This document shows positions 37,975-48,413 of a stretch of DNA of 64,000 bases, in pieces; within the stretch, counting starts at the first letter, position 1, and each line of letters starts with the position of its first letter. The stretch comes from a candidate division BRC1 bacterium HGW-BRC1-1. Its GTDB lineage: Bacteria; Sumerlaeota; Sumerlaeia; Sumerlaeales; Sumerlaeaceae. Location of the stretch: the NCBI GenBank assembly GCA_002842095.1, contig PHCB01000011.1:96481-160480 (forward strand), given 5' to 3'. Under the pieces are notes generated by a model that saw nothing but the letters and a program-made list of their open reading frames with translations, made no database searches and was not told the DNA's origin. The translations under genes were made by a program, and so were the position numbers.

Positions 37975-39402
37975 ATGAGTTCTCCCGGCCCCGCACCCGA
38001 GCGGGTGATGCCATCCAATAACGACGCAGAAAAAGCCGTGTTGGGCGCGATGATTCTCGACGCCAACGCCATCGATACGGCCACCTCGCTCATCTCCGCC
38101 GATGTCTTTTACAATGCGCGTCATCAACAGATTTTCGGTGCCATCATGGATCTCCATGAGCAGGCCGTCACCGTCGATTACACCACGCTTATCGATGAGC
38201 TACGGCGCCGTGCCCAACTGGAGGGGATCGGCGGACAGGTCTACATCTTTGGTCTGGAACAGTATGTTTTTTCGACCCGCCACATCGAACATCACATTCG
38301 GATCCTCCTCGATAAATATCAACTCCGCCGCCTTGCCCAGACCGCCCAGGAGATTCAGGAACGCGCCCTGACCGAGCAAATGAGCGCCGCAGATTTGCTG
38401 GAAGAAGCCGACAGCCGTCTCAGTCTTCTGAACCAGCAAGCCTCCACGCGGGATTTTGTGAGCGTCCACGATCTGACCCTGGAAACGATGGACCACATCG
38501 AGCAAATGTCTCGGGGCGAGGGCGATTCCGGCGGAGTTGCAACTGGCTTTCAAGACCTCGATCATCTCACGGGTGGCTTCCAGAAAAGCGATCTCCTCAT
38601 CCTCGCTGCCCGGCCCTCCCTGGGCAAAACAGCGCTGGCATTAAATCTGGCGCTGAACATAGGGGCTGGGCGGAGAGGCAAATCCTTCCGTCCGGAGCTT
38701 TCGAAAGCTGTGGGCGTCTTCTCCCTCGAAATGAGTTCGCTGCAGGTGAACCAGCGTCTCCTGAGCAGTATCAGCGAGGTGCCGATGCAAGTCATGCGCA
38801 CCGGGAAAATGACGCAGAGCCAGCACAAGGCATTGTTCGAGGCGGGGCGTCATCTGGAAAACGCACCGATATACGTGGATGACACCCCCAATATATCCGC
38901 TGTTGAACTCCGCGCGAAGGCTCGACGTCTTGCGGCGAGGCTGGACCACAAGCTGGGCCTCATCATTGTGGACTATCTGCAACTCATGCGTGGTGGTGGC
39001 GGGCGCAACGAGAACCGTCAGCAGGAAATTTCGGAAATATCCCGATCCATCAAGGCTCTGGCACGAGAACTGAACGTGCCCATTCTGGCCCTCAGCCAGC
39101 TCAGCCGTATGATTGAGCAACGTAAGGGGAAGAATGCACGGCGGCCCATGCTCAGCGATCTGCGCGAGTCAGGCGCCATCGAACAGGATGCCGACGTTGT
39201 GATGTTTATCCACCGTGATAAAATAGCAGAGTCCAATCCAGACGATCCGGATTACGAACCACCTCCCACCGACGACGCACTTCTCATCGTCGGTAAGCAG
39301 CGTAACGGTCCCCTTGACGACGTCCCCCTGATCTTTTTCCGCAAATCGGCAACCTTCATGCCCCGGCTTGACTCGCGGCACGAACCCCTGCCCGATTATT
39401 AA
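37975..39402 (+). CDS. dnaB: Replicative DNA helicase
   Basis: N-terminal domain PSNNDAEKAVLGAMILD, Walker A ARPSLGKTALALN, IIVDYLQLM and LSQLSR...RRPMLSDLRESGAIEQDADVVMFIHRD. Confidence 0.96.
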   Translation: MSSPGPAPERVMPSNNDAEKAVLGAMILDANAIDTATSLISADVFYNARHQQIFGAIMDLHEQAVTVDYTTLIDELRRRAQLEGIGGQVYIFGLEQYVFSTRHIEHHIRILLDKYQLRRLAQTAQEIQERALTEQMSAADLLEEADSRLSLLNQQASTRDFVSVHDLTLETMDHIEQMSRGEGDSGGVATGFQDLDHLTGGFQKSDLLILAARPSLGKTALALNLALNIGAGRRGKSFRPELSKAVGVFSLEMSSLQVNQRLLSSISEVPMQVMRTGKMTQSQHKALFEAGRHLENAPIYVDDTPNISAVELRAKARRLAARLDHKLGLIIVDYLQLMRGGGGRNENRQQEISEISRSIKALARELNVPILALSQLSRMIEQRKGKNARRPMLSDLRESGAIEQDADVVMFIHRDKIAESNPDDPDYEPPPTDDALLIVGKQRNGPLDDVPLIFFRKSATFMPRLDSRHEPLPDY

Positions 39403-39420
39403 ATCCCCCGGAGGAACACA

Positions 39421-39627
39421 ATGAGATACATTGCACGCGTTGAAGTGCTGGAGCGTCACGCTGATGGCTCCATGCGCAAATTCACGAGGACGCAGGTTGT
39501 GGAAGGCGAGATGAACGTGAAGGAGCTTTTTGCGTGGCGGAACAAAAAGGTGCACGATCCCTTGAACGGTGAGTTCGCATCGGTCGAAGTCGTCCTCACC
39601 CAGGATGACAGCATCGAAGAATACTGA
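39421..39627 (+). CDS. Small hypothetical protein (68 aa) immediately downstream of dnaB
   Basis: A GGAGG sits 7 nt upstream of the ATG, and the gene starts 18 nt after the dnaB stop. No motif recognised. Confidence 0.55.
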   Translation: MRYIARVEVLERHADGSMRKFTRTQVVEGEMNVKELFAWRNKKVHDPLNGEFASVEVVLTQDDSIEEY

Positions 39628-39659
39628 GACCGGCTCGAATCCTTTATCCGGCTGGAAAA

Positions 39660-40784
39660 CTACGGATAAACCTGCGCGTAAACCTCGAGAGTCTTTCGGG
39701 CAGTTTCGGTCCAGGTGAATCTCGACTCGTTTGAATGACCGGCCTCGGTGAGGATCCGCGCCGTCTCTTCAGATTCCAGAATGTGATCGAAACAATCAGC
39801 CAGTTCTTCCGGATCCTTCGGATCAAAGAACAATGCGCCCTTCTCCCCCGCCACCCAAGGCATGCAGGATGCTCGCGAGCACAACACGGGTGTGCCAATG
39901 CGTTGGGCCTCAAGGATCGGAAGTCCGAAACCTTCGTAGAGCGAGGGGAAAACTAACGCCTTTGCAGCAGCGAGAAGATCAGGCATGATGTTGTAACTCT
40001 GAAATTCGAGAATGCGGACCCCCTCAGGTTGATGGGCATCTATGTATTTAGCGAGGGGACCTGTGCCACCCTTCACTCCACATATAACCAGCTCAATCGC
40101 TGCGCCACTGTGCTTGCGCCAGGCACCAAAAGCCTCGACAAGGAAAACAAAATTTTTGTGAGGTTTGTCCACGCCCGCCGCGAGAAAGAAGTCTGTGTTG
40201 AGAGCCAGACGCCGCCGCAACGCATCAATAGCACCACGCCCCGGCGGGGCAAAGTGCCGCGACACCGCATTCGGTGTAAGGTGGATTTTCGCCGGATCGA
40301 CTCCAAGGTGTTCCACCAGGTCAGAACGCGTCCCCTCGCTCACCGTAAAAACGGCCCGCGCGCGCGAAACAGCGTGCTTCAGTACCCTCCGCCCCAGCAA
40401 CCATTTTGTGCGGGACGGCACGTATTCGGGGAAGAGCAAATGAATGAGGTCATGCACCGTCACCACGAACGGGGCATTCTGACGAATGGGCGTGTTGTAA
40501 TGAGGAAAGTGATACAACCCAACGTCCGCGAGTCGGGGAAATGCCACCTGTTCACGAAAACTGTAAATGGGCATGGATGCATTTACAGTATCGCCTAACA
40601 TCCCGAATGCCGGATAGAGCGCCAGGGCCTGCGCATCTCCGAGGAAGGTAAAGTTGGGGAGGGTGTCTGGAGCGCTCTCCGCCATACCCTCGACCAAACC
40701 TCGAATATGGGTCCCGATGCCCGAATGATTCACCATGCGGGCATCGAAAGCGATGTGTGGTTTGCTTGTGTCCCGTGCCCTCAA
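39660..40784 (-). CDS. Glycosyltransferase family 4 (GT-B, group 1)
   Basis: HIAFDARMVNHSGIGTH at the N-terminus and the EX7E region PSLYEGFGLPILEAQRIGTPVLCS. The start codon is TTG. Confidence 0.85.
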   Translation of the reverse strand: MRARDTSKPHIAFDARMVNHSGIGTHIRGLVEGMAESAPDTLPNFTFLGDAQALALYPAFGMLGDTVNASMPIYSFREQVAFPRLADVGLYHFPHYNTPIRQNAPFVVTVHDLIHLLFPEYVPSRTKWLLGRRVLKHAVSRARAVFTVSEGTRSDLVEHLGVDPAKIHLTPNAVSRHFAPPGRGAIDALRRRLALNTDFFLAAGVDKPHKNFVFLVEAFGAWRKHSGAAIELVICGVKGGTGPLAKYIDAHQPEGVRILEFQSYNIMPDLLAAAKALVFPSLYEGFGLPILEAQRIGTPVLCSRASCMPWVAGEKGALFFDPKDPEELADCFDHILESEETARILTEAGHSNESRFTWTETARKTLEVYAQVYP

Positions 40785-40786
40785 TT

Positions 40787-42331
40787 TCAGTCCGATTTAT
40801 GCTTTAGTAACGCAGAGTCGCCTGGCTCCAGAAGTCGCACGGTAACATCGCCCAACTGTGTGAGATCGCAATCCATGGTAGACGGATCGCCCACCACGAG
40901 GATGCGAAGACGCGACGACTGGATAATCTCCTTCGCAGCGTTCGTCACATCAGCAGCAGAAACTCCCCGCACCCGTTCGACGAATTTGTCGATAAAATCC
41001 GACGGATAACCCTGCATGTCATAAATCATACGGTTGGTAAGAATCTTCCGGGGAACGTCAAACTTCGTGATGAATCCGTGCACGACTTCTCTTCGGGCGG
41101 TATCGAGTTCCTTCTCTGAGAATGTCCCTCGGGCTGTCGAGGAAGTGACCTCCATCATCGTGCTGAGCGCGGCACAGGTACTGGCCGCTTTGCTGCCCGC
41201 CACCGCGAAAAATATTCCGCGTGGATCATCGGGTAACACTCCCCCGCCCACGGCATAGGCATAGCCACGCTTCGTGCGAACTTCTGTCAGCAATCGACTC
41301 GAAAAGCCGCTCATGCCGTAAATGCTGCTCATCACCTCCGCCGGAATTAAAAGAGGACTATTGCGCGCAATACTAAGGTGGCCCAAACGGATTTGCGATT
41401 GGGCTGTGCGTCGGGGAATCAGCAGAATTTGGGGTCGTGAACTTTCCTTATCGGAAGGTTCTGGGAGGGCTGCAACGGGGGGTGCCGGCTTGCTCCAGGA
41501 AGCGAATTTGTCTTCGATCCACTTGGTCGCTTCAGCCTCACCCGCATCCCCTGCAATACCAAACCAACAAACCGAGGGGGCAATGTTCGTTTCGTAAAAA
41601 CTCCGGGCGTCTGCTAATTCCACCGATGAAACAGTGGCAGTTGTCGGAATTCGCCCGAGGGGGTTGTCGGCACCATAGAGTTCCTTGCGAAATTCACGGC
41701 GTGCGACATCCGAAGGCTCGTCATTTTCCCGACGCAATTCTTCCAGATTCAACGCCTTGCGCTGGTCAAATTGCTTTTCATTGAAGGCCGGGTGCAGAAG
41801 AAGATCCTCCAGCAATGCTAGTGCTTCTTCACGCTTCTCGGAGAGTGCAAACATGTCCAATCGCACCATGTTTCGTTCCGTGCTGATGGACAGTTGCGAT
41901 CCAATCTCGTCGAGCTTCTGGTCGAAATCATCGGGCGAAAGCGAACCAGTGCCTCCCGCGCGCCAGGCGGCGGCCGTCAAAGTTGCAAGCCCCACCTTGT
42001 CCGCGGGATCGAGGGATGAGCCGCCCTTGAAGAAAACGATAAAGTAGAGACTCGGACTTTCGCGCGATTCGAGGGCAAAGACGCGAATGCCGTTGGGCAA
42101 CACAACCTGCGACACTTGGGGAATTGTGACGTTTTCATCGTTGTTAACCAACATCTCGGGCCGAAGCGGGATGGCCTCCCCTCCGCGCTGCAGCGTGGGA
42201 GAAGTGGCATCGACCGCGAGTATCGGCTGCAGAAAATCACGACTTTGAGGTTCGGTTGTTTGGGCGAAACCGGAGCCCGCCAGAGTTACAGCAACCGCCG
42301 CCATATAAAGGCTTCTTGAAAGAATCCTCAT
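40787..42331 (-). CDS. M16 (pitrilysin) family peptidase-like protein, probably the non-catalytic partner subunit
   Basis: Signal peptide and the M16 two-domain layout, but no HxxEH motif. An ATGA overlap links it to the upstream M16 gene. Confidence 0.85.
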   Translation of the reverse strand: MRILSRSLYMAAVAVTLAGSGFAQTTEPQSRDFLQPILAVDATSPTLQRGGEAIPLRPEMLVNNDENVTIPQVSQVVLPNGIRVFALESRESPSLYFIVFFKGGSSLDPADKVGLATLTAAAWRAGGTGSLSPDDFDQKLDEIGSQLSISTERNMVRLDMFALSEKREEALALLEDLLLHPAFNEKQFDQRKALNLEELRRENDEPSDVARREFRKELYGADNPLGRIPTTATVSSVELADARSFYETNIAPSVCWFGIAGDAGEAEATKWIEDKFASWSKPAPPVAALPEPSDKESSRPQILLIPRRTAQSQIRLGHLSIARNSPLLIPAEVMSSIYGMSGFSSRLLTEVRTKRGYAYAVGGGVLPDDPRGIFFAVAGSKAASTCAALSTMMEVTSSTARGTFSEKELDTARREVVHGFITKFDVPRKILTNRMIYDMQGYPSDFIDKFVERVRGVSAADVTNAAKEIIQSSRLRILVVGDPSTMDCDLTQLGDVTVRLLEPGDSALLKHKSD

Positions 42332-43848
42332 TGCGCCGCTCCCGTCGGGGAAGTTGAGGAATCTTTCGCTTTGGGCCGTGTGCTGACCAATTCAGCAACC
42401 GTGCGATTATCCACCGTGAAGTACTTTTGAGCCACTCTTTGAATGTCCTGGGGGGTAACGTTGCGCATCTTTTCTCTCATGGTGTCGAGAATCTGGGGAT
42501 CGCCGGAAGCAAGATAGTAAGCCCCCAACCGGCGGGCGAAATCCCGATTGGTTTCGATGCTCTGCAAAAGATGAGAATCAATCTGATTACGGATTTTTTC
42601 CAATTCCTTTTCGGAAACCGGCTCGGACTTGAGACGTTCAATCTCCACAAGTGCGGCAGCTTCGGCCTCAGCGTTTGTGTGCGGAGCGCGGGGCTCGAGT
42701 CGGACCACAAACAAGCCGGGGTACTTGTCACCGGGAGCGGTGAACGACTCGGCACTCTGGCAAATGCGAGCGCCTTTCACGAGACTGCTATAGAGACGCG
42801 AGGAGCGTCCCACATCGCTCAGGAGGAATTGGAGGACCTCAAACACCGCCATATCGTCATTGGGAAACGTGGGTTTGTGCCAACCGATCCAAACCTCCGG
42901 CTCGGCGGCAATGCTCACGCTGATGCGCTTTTCACCCACCTGCGGTGGCTCGACCGTATTGGCGCGCGCCGGCGAGGGACGGGAAGGGATGCTGCCGAAA
43001 TACTTCTTCAGAATGGGCATCGCGCGCGCTTCATCAACATCCCCCACCAACAGCACCACCATGTTCGATGGAACGTACCATTTATTATAAAAGTCGGCCA
43101 CCCGTGCAACCGTCAGCGATCGAATGTCGGACATCCAGCCGATGATTGGATTGCGGTAAGGGTGAGCCTTAAAGGCCGCCGCTTTGAACTCTTCATACAT
43201 GCGCCCACTCGGCGAATCCTCGACGGACATCCGCCTCTCCTCCGTCACCACATCGCGCTCCAGATAGAACTCCCGCCAGGAGGGGTAAAGGAGACGCTGA
43301 GTTTCCAGGAGCGCCCAGAATTCCAACCGGGTCGAAGGGAGGGTCATGTAATAGTTCGTCCAGTCGGTGCTTGTGCTGGCATTAATTTCCTGCCCTCCCT
43401 CGCGCGTGACGAGGTTATCGTACTCATTCGGCAGAATGATTTCAGCCACCTCTTTGCTCAGTTCCGCGAGGCGCTTTTCTAACTGATCAATCAGTTCCTT
43501 GTCGGGTGTTGATTTCTGACGTTCTGCCGTTAGCTGCGAACCCGTTTTTTCGATTTCCTCTTGCAGGGGGCGCTCTTTCGCCCAATCCCGTGTACCCATC
43601 CAGGGTGTTCCTTTGAACGCCATATGTTCCAGAAGATGGGCGATGCCCGTCTCGTTGGTGCGCTCTTCGGCCGAACCCGCATCCACAAACACCATCCCCG
43701 TAAAAACAGGGGCTGTGGGGCGATTAACGATGAAGTATCTGACCCCATTGTCCAGGGTGCCGAACAGCATTTTGTCTGACAAACGGGTTTCCCCAAACGC
43801 CGACGCAGAAACCAGAAGGCCCAGAAGAGCCACCATCCAGATTTTCAA
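42328..43848 (-). CDS. M16 (pitrilysin) family zinc peptidase, catalytic subunit
   Basis: Signal peptide and the inverted zinc motif GIAHLLEHMAFKGT (HxxEH). Confidence 0.9.
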   Translation of the reverse strand: MKIWMVALLGLLVSASAFGETRLSDKMLFGTLDNGVRYFIVNRPTAPVFTGMVFVDAGSAEERTNETGIAHLLEHMAFKGTPWMGTRDWAKERPLQEEIEKTGSQLTAERQKSTPDKELIDQLEKRLAELSKEVAEIILPNEYDNLVTREGGQEINASTSTDWTNYYMTLPSTRLEFWALLETQRLLYPSWREFYLERDVVTEERRMSVEDSPSGRMYEEFKAAAFKAHPYRNPIIGWMSDIRSLTVARVADFYNKWYVPSNMVVLLVGDVDEARAMPILKKYFGSIPSRPSPARANTVEPPQVGEKRISVSIAAEPEVWIGWHKPTFPNDDMAVFEVLQFLLSDVGRSSRLYSSLVKGARICQSAESFTAPGDKYPGLFVVRLEPRAPHTNAEAEAAALVEIERLKSEPVSEKELEKIRNQIDSHLLQSIETNRDFARRLGAYYLASGDPQILDTMREKMRNVTPQDIQRVAQKYFTVDNRTVAELVSTRPKAKDSSTSPTGAAQ

Positions 43849-43990
43849 ATTTAATCTCCCTCGCTAAGCATCTTAATAGAAAACAGCGCAAAACAGTCGT
43901 GAGTGTCGAAATGCCTTTGAAAGCGTCATGGCACCGTTCATAGCATGATATTCCGTAACAGCATAAAATGTTGCAGTGAAAAGGAAAGAC

Positions 43991-44302
43991 ATGGTGATGA
44001 CAGACAACCGTTGGGTTGGTTTAACTCTGAAAACGGTCGAAGAGGCAGAAGAATGGTTCGGAGAACTCGATTGTTCCCTTGAAGATTTTTTTGCAGCTCC
44101 CGAAAATTCGTTCATCCGATTAAACCACTCGCGTTGGTTGGAAGCCACCACGGAGTTTGAGGAACCAACATTGGTCCGCAATCAGGATGGGGACTCCCCC
44201 TTCACCCACTATCTTTACTTCCGCAAAAGCGACGTTTCCCTGATCCGCCCTCTGACCAAACCGTTGAGCACCTCGGACGACCCGTATACACCCAGTTCCT
44301 AA
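43991..44302 (+). CDS. Hypothetical acidic protein (about 103 aa)
   Basis: The ORF lies in a locally low-GC gap, with AAGGAAAG 5 nt upstream of the ATG at 43991; the track starts at the GTG at 43976. No motif recognised. Confidence 0.45.
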   Translation: MVMTDNRWVGLTLKTVEEAEEWFGELDCSLEDFFAAPENSFIRLNHSRWLEATTEFEEPTLVRNQDGDSPFTHYLYFRKSDVSLIRPLTKPLSTSDDPYTPSS

Positions 44303-44477
44303 TCCGACCTTTTTTAGTCCTATAACATTGATGCGTCTTAACATAGACTCTCTGAATTAAAGACAAAGATCGGCCAGCCGGGAACCCGGCGGGGCTTTGC
44401 CGTTGTCTTACCTTGATTGTGGGACTTCGCGCCCTTTCATAATCCAGCAACGAATTCAAAGGGGGTTACACCCACCC

Positions 44478-46904
44478 GTGCGATCCAACATTTTGCTACG
44501 CTCCTTCTGTAGCACGGCTATCCTTTCATCCTTACTTTTACTATCTGCCTGTAATGGTCAGAAAGATACCACCGACTCACCCTCGACCGACCAAACCACC
44601 GGAACAACCACAACCGAGGCACCGACATATCCATCTCCGACCGATGCCCCCACAACACCTGTTGAAGCGCTCGATCTGACCAAGGCCACACCCTCGGCTT
44701 TGGTGGATGCTGGAACTCTGCCTCCGGTGGCCGAAACGGGGGGTACTTCCGAATCGCTCCCTCCCACAGCCATAACCGCCACCATCGCGACCCCGTCAGC
44801 AACTCTGCCTCCGGGCGCAAACCTTCTGGATCAGGCTCGCAGCCCTGAACTGCGTCGAGTGGCCACAAGCGGCATCCACTGGATGGAATGGGGACCAGCG
44901 GCCTTTGAACGCGCCAAGGCCGGTGACCGCCCCATCCTCGTTTTCATAGGCTCGAACTGGTGTGAGTACTGCCACCTGATGGACGCCACCACCTTCACAA
45001 ATGAAGAAGTGGTGAAACTTTTGAATGATAATTTTGTGTCGATTCGAGTTGACCGCGACGAGCGCCCCGATCTCGACGAGCGCTTTCAATCAGCTTACTA
45101 TCACTTCAATCAAAATCAGGGCGGTGGCTGGCCTCTCACCGTCTTCTGCCTGCCCGATGGTCGCCCATTTGATGCGTTAACTTTCGTCCATGCTAAAACC
45201 GAGGGAGACCGCATCGGCCTGATAGACTTATTGAAGCAGTCTCTCACCGTGCTTCGCGAGCGTCGATCCGACGCGGAAGCTTTGGCCGCCGGCGTCATGG
45301 AAAAGATGAAGACGGGCATTCCCACGGCTCCCCCATCTGACGCCAGCGTGAACGCAGATGTTCTGAAAAGCCTCACGAAAAGCATTAGTGACAAGTTTGA
45401 CGAAAAGAACGGCGGCTTTGGCCCGCCCGATCAGGCCCACTTCCCCAACGGAACCGCGTTGCTGTTCCTGCTCCAGATGAATTCCGACACAGGCAACCAA
45501 GAGCTTTTGGCGCACGTCAATAAATCGCTCCTGGCTTATTTCAAAGGCGGCCTGCGCGACAATGTCCATGGCGGATATTATCGCTACACGGCTGATGGCG
45601 AATACGCCCAACCCCGTTTTGAAAAGATGCTGTTCGTGCAGGCAGAATTGCTGAGTGCATTCAGTCAGGCCTACGCTGCCACAAACCGCTCTCTTTTCAA
45701 AGAGGCCGGGCAAGGCATTCTCCGGTTCATGCGCGACACACTGGAGGATCCCGAGGGAGGTTTTTATGCCTCCATGGATTCTGACACCGACCCAAAAAGC
45801 GGGAACACCTATCACACCTGGACGCCTGACGAAGTTCGTAAGGCGGCGGAAGGCCGACCCGGGGATGTTTTCGTACGTTATTTCCATATCGGAGCAGAGG
45901 GGAATGTCGATGCCGATGGTCGCAGCGTTCCCCGCGCCCTCGGATCCCTGAAAGAAACCGCAGATGCCCTCAACATAAATTACTCCGATGCTCAGGATGC
46001 GCTCGACACCGCACGCAAAAAGCTGGGAGAAGCCCGCACTGCCAAGGGCGTTGACATCCCTCACGTCGATAAAACCATTCTCACGCCGTGGAACGCCCTC
46101 ATGATAACAGCCTACATCGACTCTTATCGATATCTGGGTGATACCGAGGCACGGGATTTCGCTCTGAAATCGGCGGACTTCATCCTCAAAAACATGGTGA
46201 GCGAACAGGAAGGAATTGCCCATTCCTTCATTCTTGGGAAAGCCTCGGTGTTTGGCCTCCTCGACCCCCAGGTTCAAATGGCAAATGCCTTGCTGGATTG
46301 CTTCGAAGTGACCGGAAATCAGGCCTATCTGGAAAATGCCCTTTCGATTATGCAGTTCGCCGAGGGTCGTTTTCTGGATGAAAAGCTTGGTCTCTATCGT
46401 GACCGACTACCCGATACCGGCACCGGCCCCATGCTGGAAGTCCCGCGCTATCCGCTCTATGACGTCATGTCCCCCTCCCCCAATGCGACGGCTGCCGTCG
46501 TGTGGTACCGGCTTTATCAGGCCACTGGCGACGAGAAGGCGTTGGAAATTTCGCGCCGCATAGCCACCGCTGCCACTTCCCAGCCGGGCATGGGTGGCGC
46601 CGCCGCAGGCACTCTCGCGAGGGCTGTGGCGCTGCTGATCAACGGCCCACCCAAGATTAATCTCGTGGGAAAAGAAGATGACCAGACCATCGATTCCATG
46701 AGAGAAGCAGCGCTGCCGGTTTATCGGTTGGGCAAAATGGTGAATACCGTGCCGCTTGACCAAGCCAAAAAGAGCGACACTCCTCCGGATGACAAGGGCG
46801 ATGCGCTTGCGTATATCTGTGTCGGATCCAACTGCGCGCCCCCGGTAAAAAAGAGCGATGAAATAGCACCCCTGGCAAAATCCTTCGGCAAAACTTCAGA
46901 TTAG
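44478..46904 (+). CDS. Thioredoxin-domain (DUF255) plus six-hairpin glycosidase-like protein, YyaL/SSP411 family; a predicted lipoprotein with a Thr/Pro-rich linker
   Basis: WMEWGPAAFERAKAGDRPILVFIGSNWCEYCHLMDATTF..VSIRVDRDERPDLD is the DUF255 signature. The GTG at 44478 yields the lipoprotein signal RSNILLRSFCSTAILSSLLLLSAC; the track ORF starts at the TTG at 44397. Confidence 0.85.
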   Translation: MRSNILLRSFCSTAILSSLLLLSACNGQKDTTDSPSTDQTTGTTTTEAPTYPSPTDAPTTPVEALDLTKATPSALVDAGTLPPVAETGGTSESLPPTAITATIATPSATLPPGANLLDQARSPELRRVATSGIHWMEWGPAAFERAKAGDRPILVFIGSNWCEYCHLMDATTFTNEEVVKLLNDNFVSIRVDRDERPDLDERFQSAYYHFNQNQGGGWPLTVFCLPDGRPFDALTFVHAKTEGDRIGLIDLLKQSLTVLRERRSDAEALAAGVMEKMKTGIPTAPPSDASVNADVLKSLTKSISDKFDEKNGGFGPPDQAHFPNGTALLFLLQMNSDTGNQELLAHVNKSLLAYFKGGLRDNVHGGYYRYTADGEYAQPRFEKMLFVQAELLSAFSQAYAATNRSLFKEAGQGILRFMRDTLEDPEGGFYASMDSDTDPKSGNTYHTWTPDEVRKAAEGRPGDVFVRYFHIGAEGNVDADGRSVPRALGSLKETADALNINYSDAQDALDTARKKLGEARTAKGVDIPHVDKTILTPWNALMITAYIDSYRYLGDTEARDFALKSADFILKNMVSEQEGIAHSFILGKASVFGLLDPQVQMANALLDCFEVTGNQAYLENALSIMQFAEGRFLDEKLGLYRDRLPDTGTGPMLEVPRYPLYDVMSPSPNATAAVVWYRLYQATGDEKALEISRRIATAATSQPGMGGAAAGTLARAVALLINGPPKINLVGKEDDQTIDSMREAALPVYRLGKMVNTVPLDQAKKSDTPPDDKGDALAYICVGSNCAPPVKKSDEIAPLAKSFGKTSD

Positions 46905-47021
46905 ACCAGGGGGAAATAATCAACCTCAACGCTGGGGGAATCGGCAAAAAACTTTTCGGGCCGATCCTCTCCCGATTGTATTGAATCCCTCTGACCGTTG
47001 TGGGTGGGTGACCTTACTCCT

Positions 47022-48371
47022 ATGATAAAACGAACCATTCTGCTTGCCGACGATGAGAAGAACACGCGCGAAGGTTTGCGGTGGGCTCTCGAAAGCAAAG
47101 ATAGAAACGTGCTCCTCGCTGAAGACGGCGAGGAAGCGATCCGGCAGATTTCAGCCAACCCTGTCGATCTGCTGATAACAGACCTGCGCATGCCCAAACT
47201 CGATGGTATGAAGGTGCTCAACCGCGTACGCGAGATCTCCCCCGAAACCACGGTCGTGGTTCTCACCGGGCATGGCACTGTCGAGTCGGCGGTAGACGCA
47301 ATGAAACACGGGGCCTACGATTATCTGATCAAGCCCATCAACATCGACGAGTTGAACCTGCTCGTGGATCGCATCCTCTCCAACCGGGCCATGGCCGAGG
47401 AAAATGTTGAGCTGAAGAAGAAGCTCGATTCACGTTTCGGCTTCGAGAGCATCATCGGGCGCAGCGATGCAATGAATGTCGTCTTTTCGCGAGTACGTAC
47501 CGTAGCGCCCACCCGGGCCAATGTTCTCCTGTACGGAGAAAGCGGAACAGGAAAGGAATTGATTGCCGCTGCCATTCATCAGAACTCGCCCCGCAGGTCT
47601 CGCCCCTTTGTCAAAATCAACTGTGGTGCCCTGCCTTTGAGCCTGCTGGAAAGCGAACTCTTCGGTCACGAAAAAGGTGCCTTCACCAACGCGGTGCGGA
47701 TGCGGCCCGGTCGCTTTGAAATGGCCGACGGGGGCACCATCCTTCTGGATGAAATTTCCGAGACTGCTCCCGAGTTTCAGATCAAATTATTACGTGTTTT
47801 GCAGGAAGGCGAATTCGAACGGGTTGGTGGCACGCAAACCTTGCGCACGGACGTCCGCGTAATTGCGGCAAGTAATCGGCGCCTGGGTGACCTCGTCGAC
47901 CGTGGAGAATTCCGCGAGGACTTATACTATCGTCTCAAGGTTGTGGAGATTGATCTCCCCCCCCTTCGTGACCGTCAGGGAGATATCCCTCTGCTGGTAG
48001 ATTTCTTTCTTGAGGAACTCTCGCGTTTCCATGGCAAACCCAAGCCCCGCGTCGCTCCCCGGGCCATGGCCGCATTGCAAAATTTCCACTGGCCGGGAAA
48101 CGTCCGCCAATTACGCAACGCCATTGAGGGGGCGCTGGTGATGACCGAAGGGGATATCACTCTGCGCTCGCTTCCCGCCGAGCTACGATCGGAAAAAGGC
48201 AGCGATTTGTATCTGAAAATTCCGATTGGGACAACCCTCCGGGAAGCGGAAAAGGAGTTGATCCAGGCGGCTCTCATCCAGAACAGCGGCAACCGCGCCA
48301 AGACCGCACGCGTTCTGGGAGTCGGGCGCAAAACGCTCTACCGCAAAATCGAGGAATTCGAATTAGACTGA
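47022..48371 (+). CDS. Sigma-54-dependent response regulator (NtrC/AtoC family): receiver + AAA+ + Fis-type HTH
   Basis: Receiver domain (ILLADDE..., LLITDLRMPKLDG), Walker A GESGTGKELIA, ESELFGHEKGAFTNA, and C-terminal HTH NRAKTARVLGVGRKTLYRKI. Confidence 0.9.
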   Translation: MIKRTILLADDEKNTREGLRWALESKDRNVLLAEDGEEAIRQISANPVDLLITDLRMPKLDGMKVLNRVREISPETTVVVLTGHGTVESAVDAMKHGAYDYLIKPINIDELNLLVDRILSNRAMAEENVELKKKLDSRFGFESIIGRSDAMNVVFSRVRTVAPTRANVLLYGESGTGKELIAAAIHQNSPRRSRPFVKINCGALPLSLLESELFGHEKGAFTNAVRMRPGRFEMADGGTILLDEISETAPEFQIKLLRVLQEGEFERVGGTQTLRTDVRVIAASNRRLGDLVDRGEFREDLYYRLKVVEIDLPPLRDRQGDIPLLVDFFLEELSRFHGKPKPRVAPRAMAALQNFHWPGNVRQLRNAIEGALVMTEGDITLRSLPAELRSEKGSDLYLKIPIGTTLREAEKELIQAALIQNSGNRAKTARVLGVGRKTLYRKIEEFELD

Positions 48372-48413
48372 TAGACGAAGAGTTACGGGGGAAGGAACTC
48401 CCTCCCCCCTCGC

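Noticed and set aside
42427-43482. 351-aa ORF antisense to the catalytic M16 peptidase
   Set aside because: The M16 gene (HxxEH) explains the region. The antisense product is low complexity. I treat it as a shadow ORF.
45228-46277. 349-aa ORF antisense to the YyaL-like gene
   Set aside because: The sense strand carries an unmistakable DUF255/YyaL protein. The antisense translation has no recognisable domain or start signal, so I treat it as a shadow ORF.
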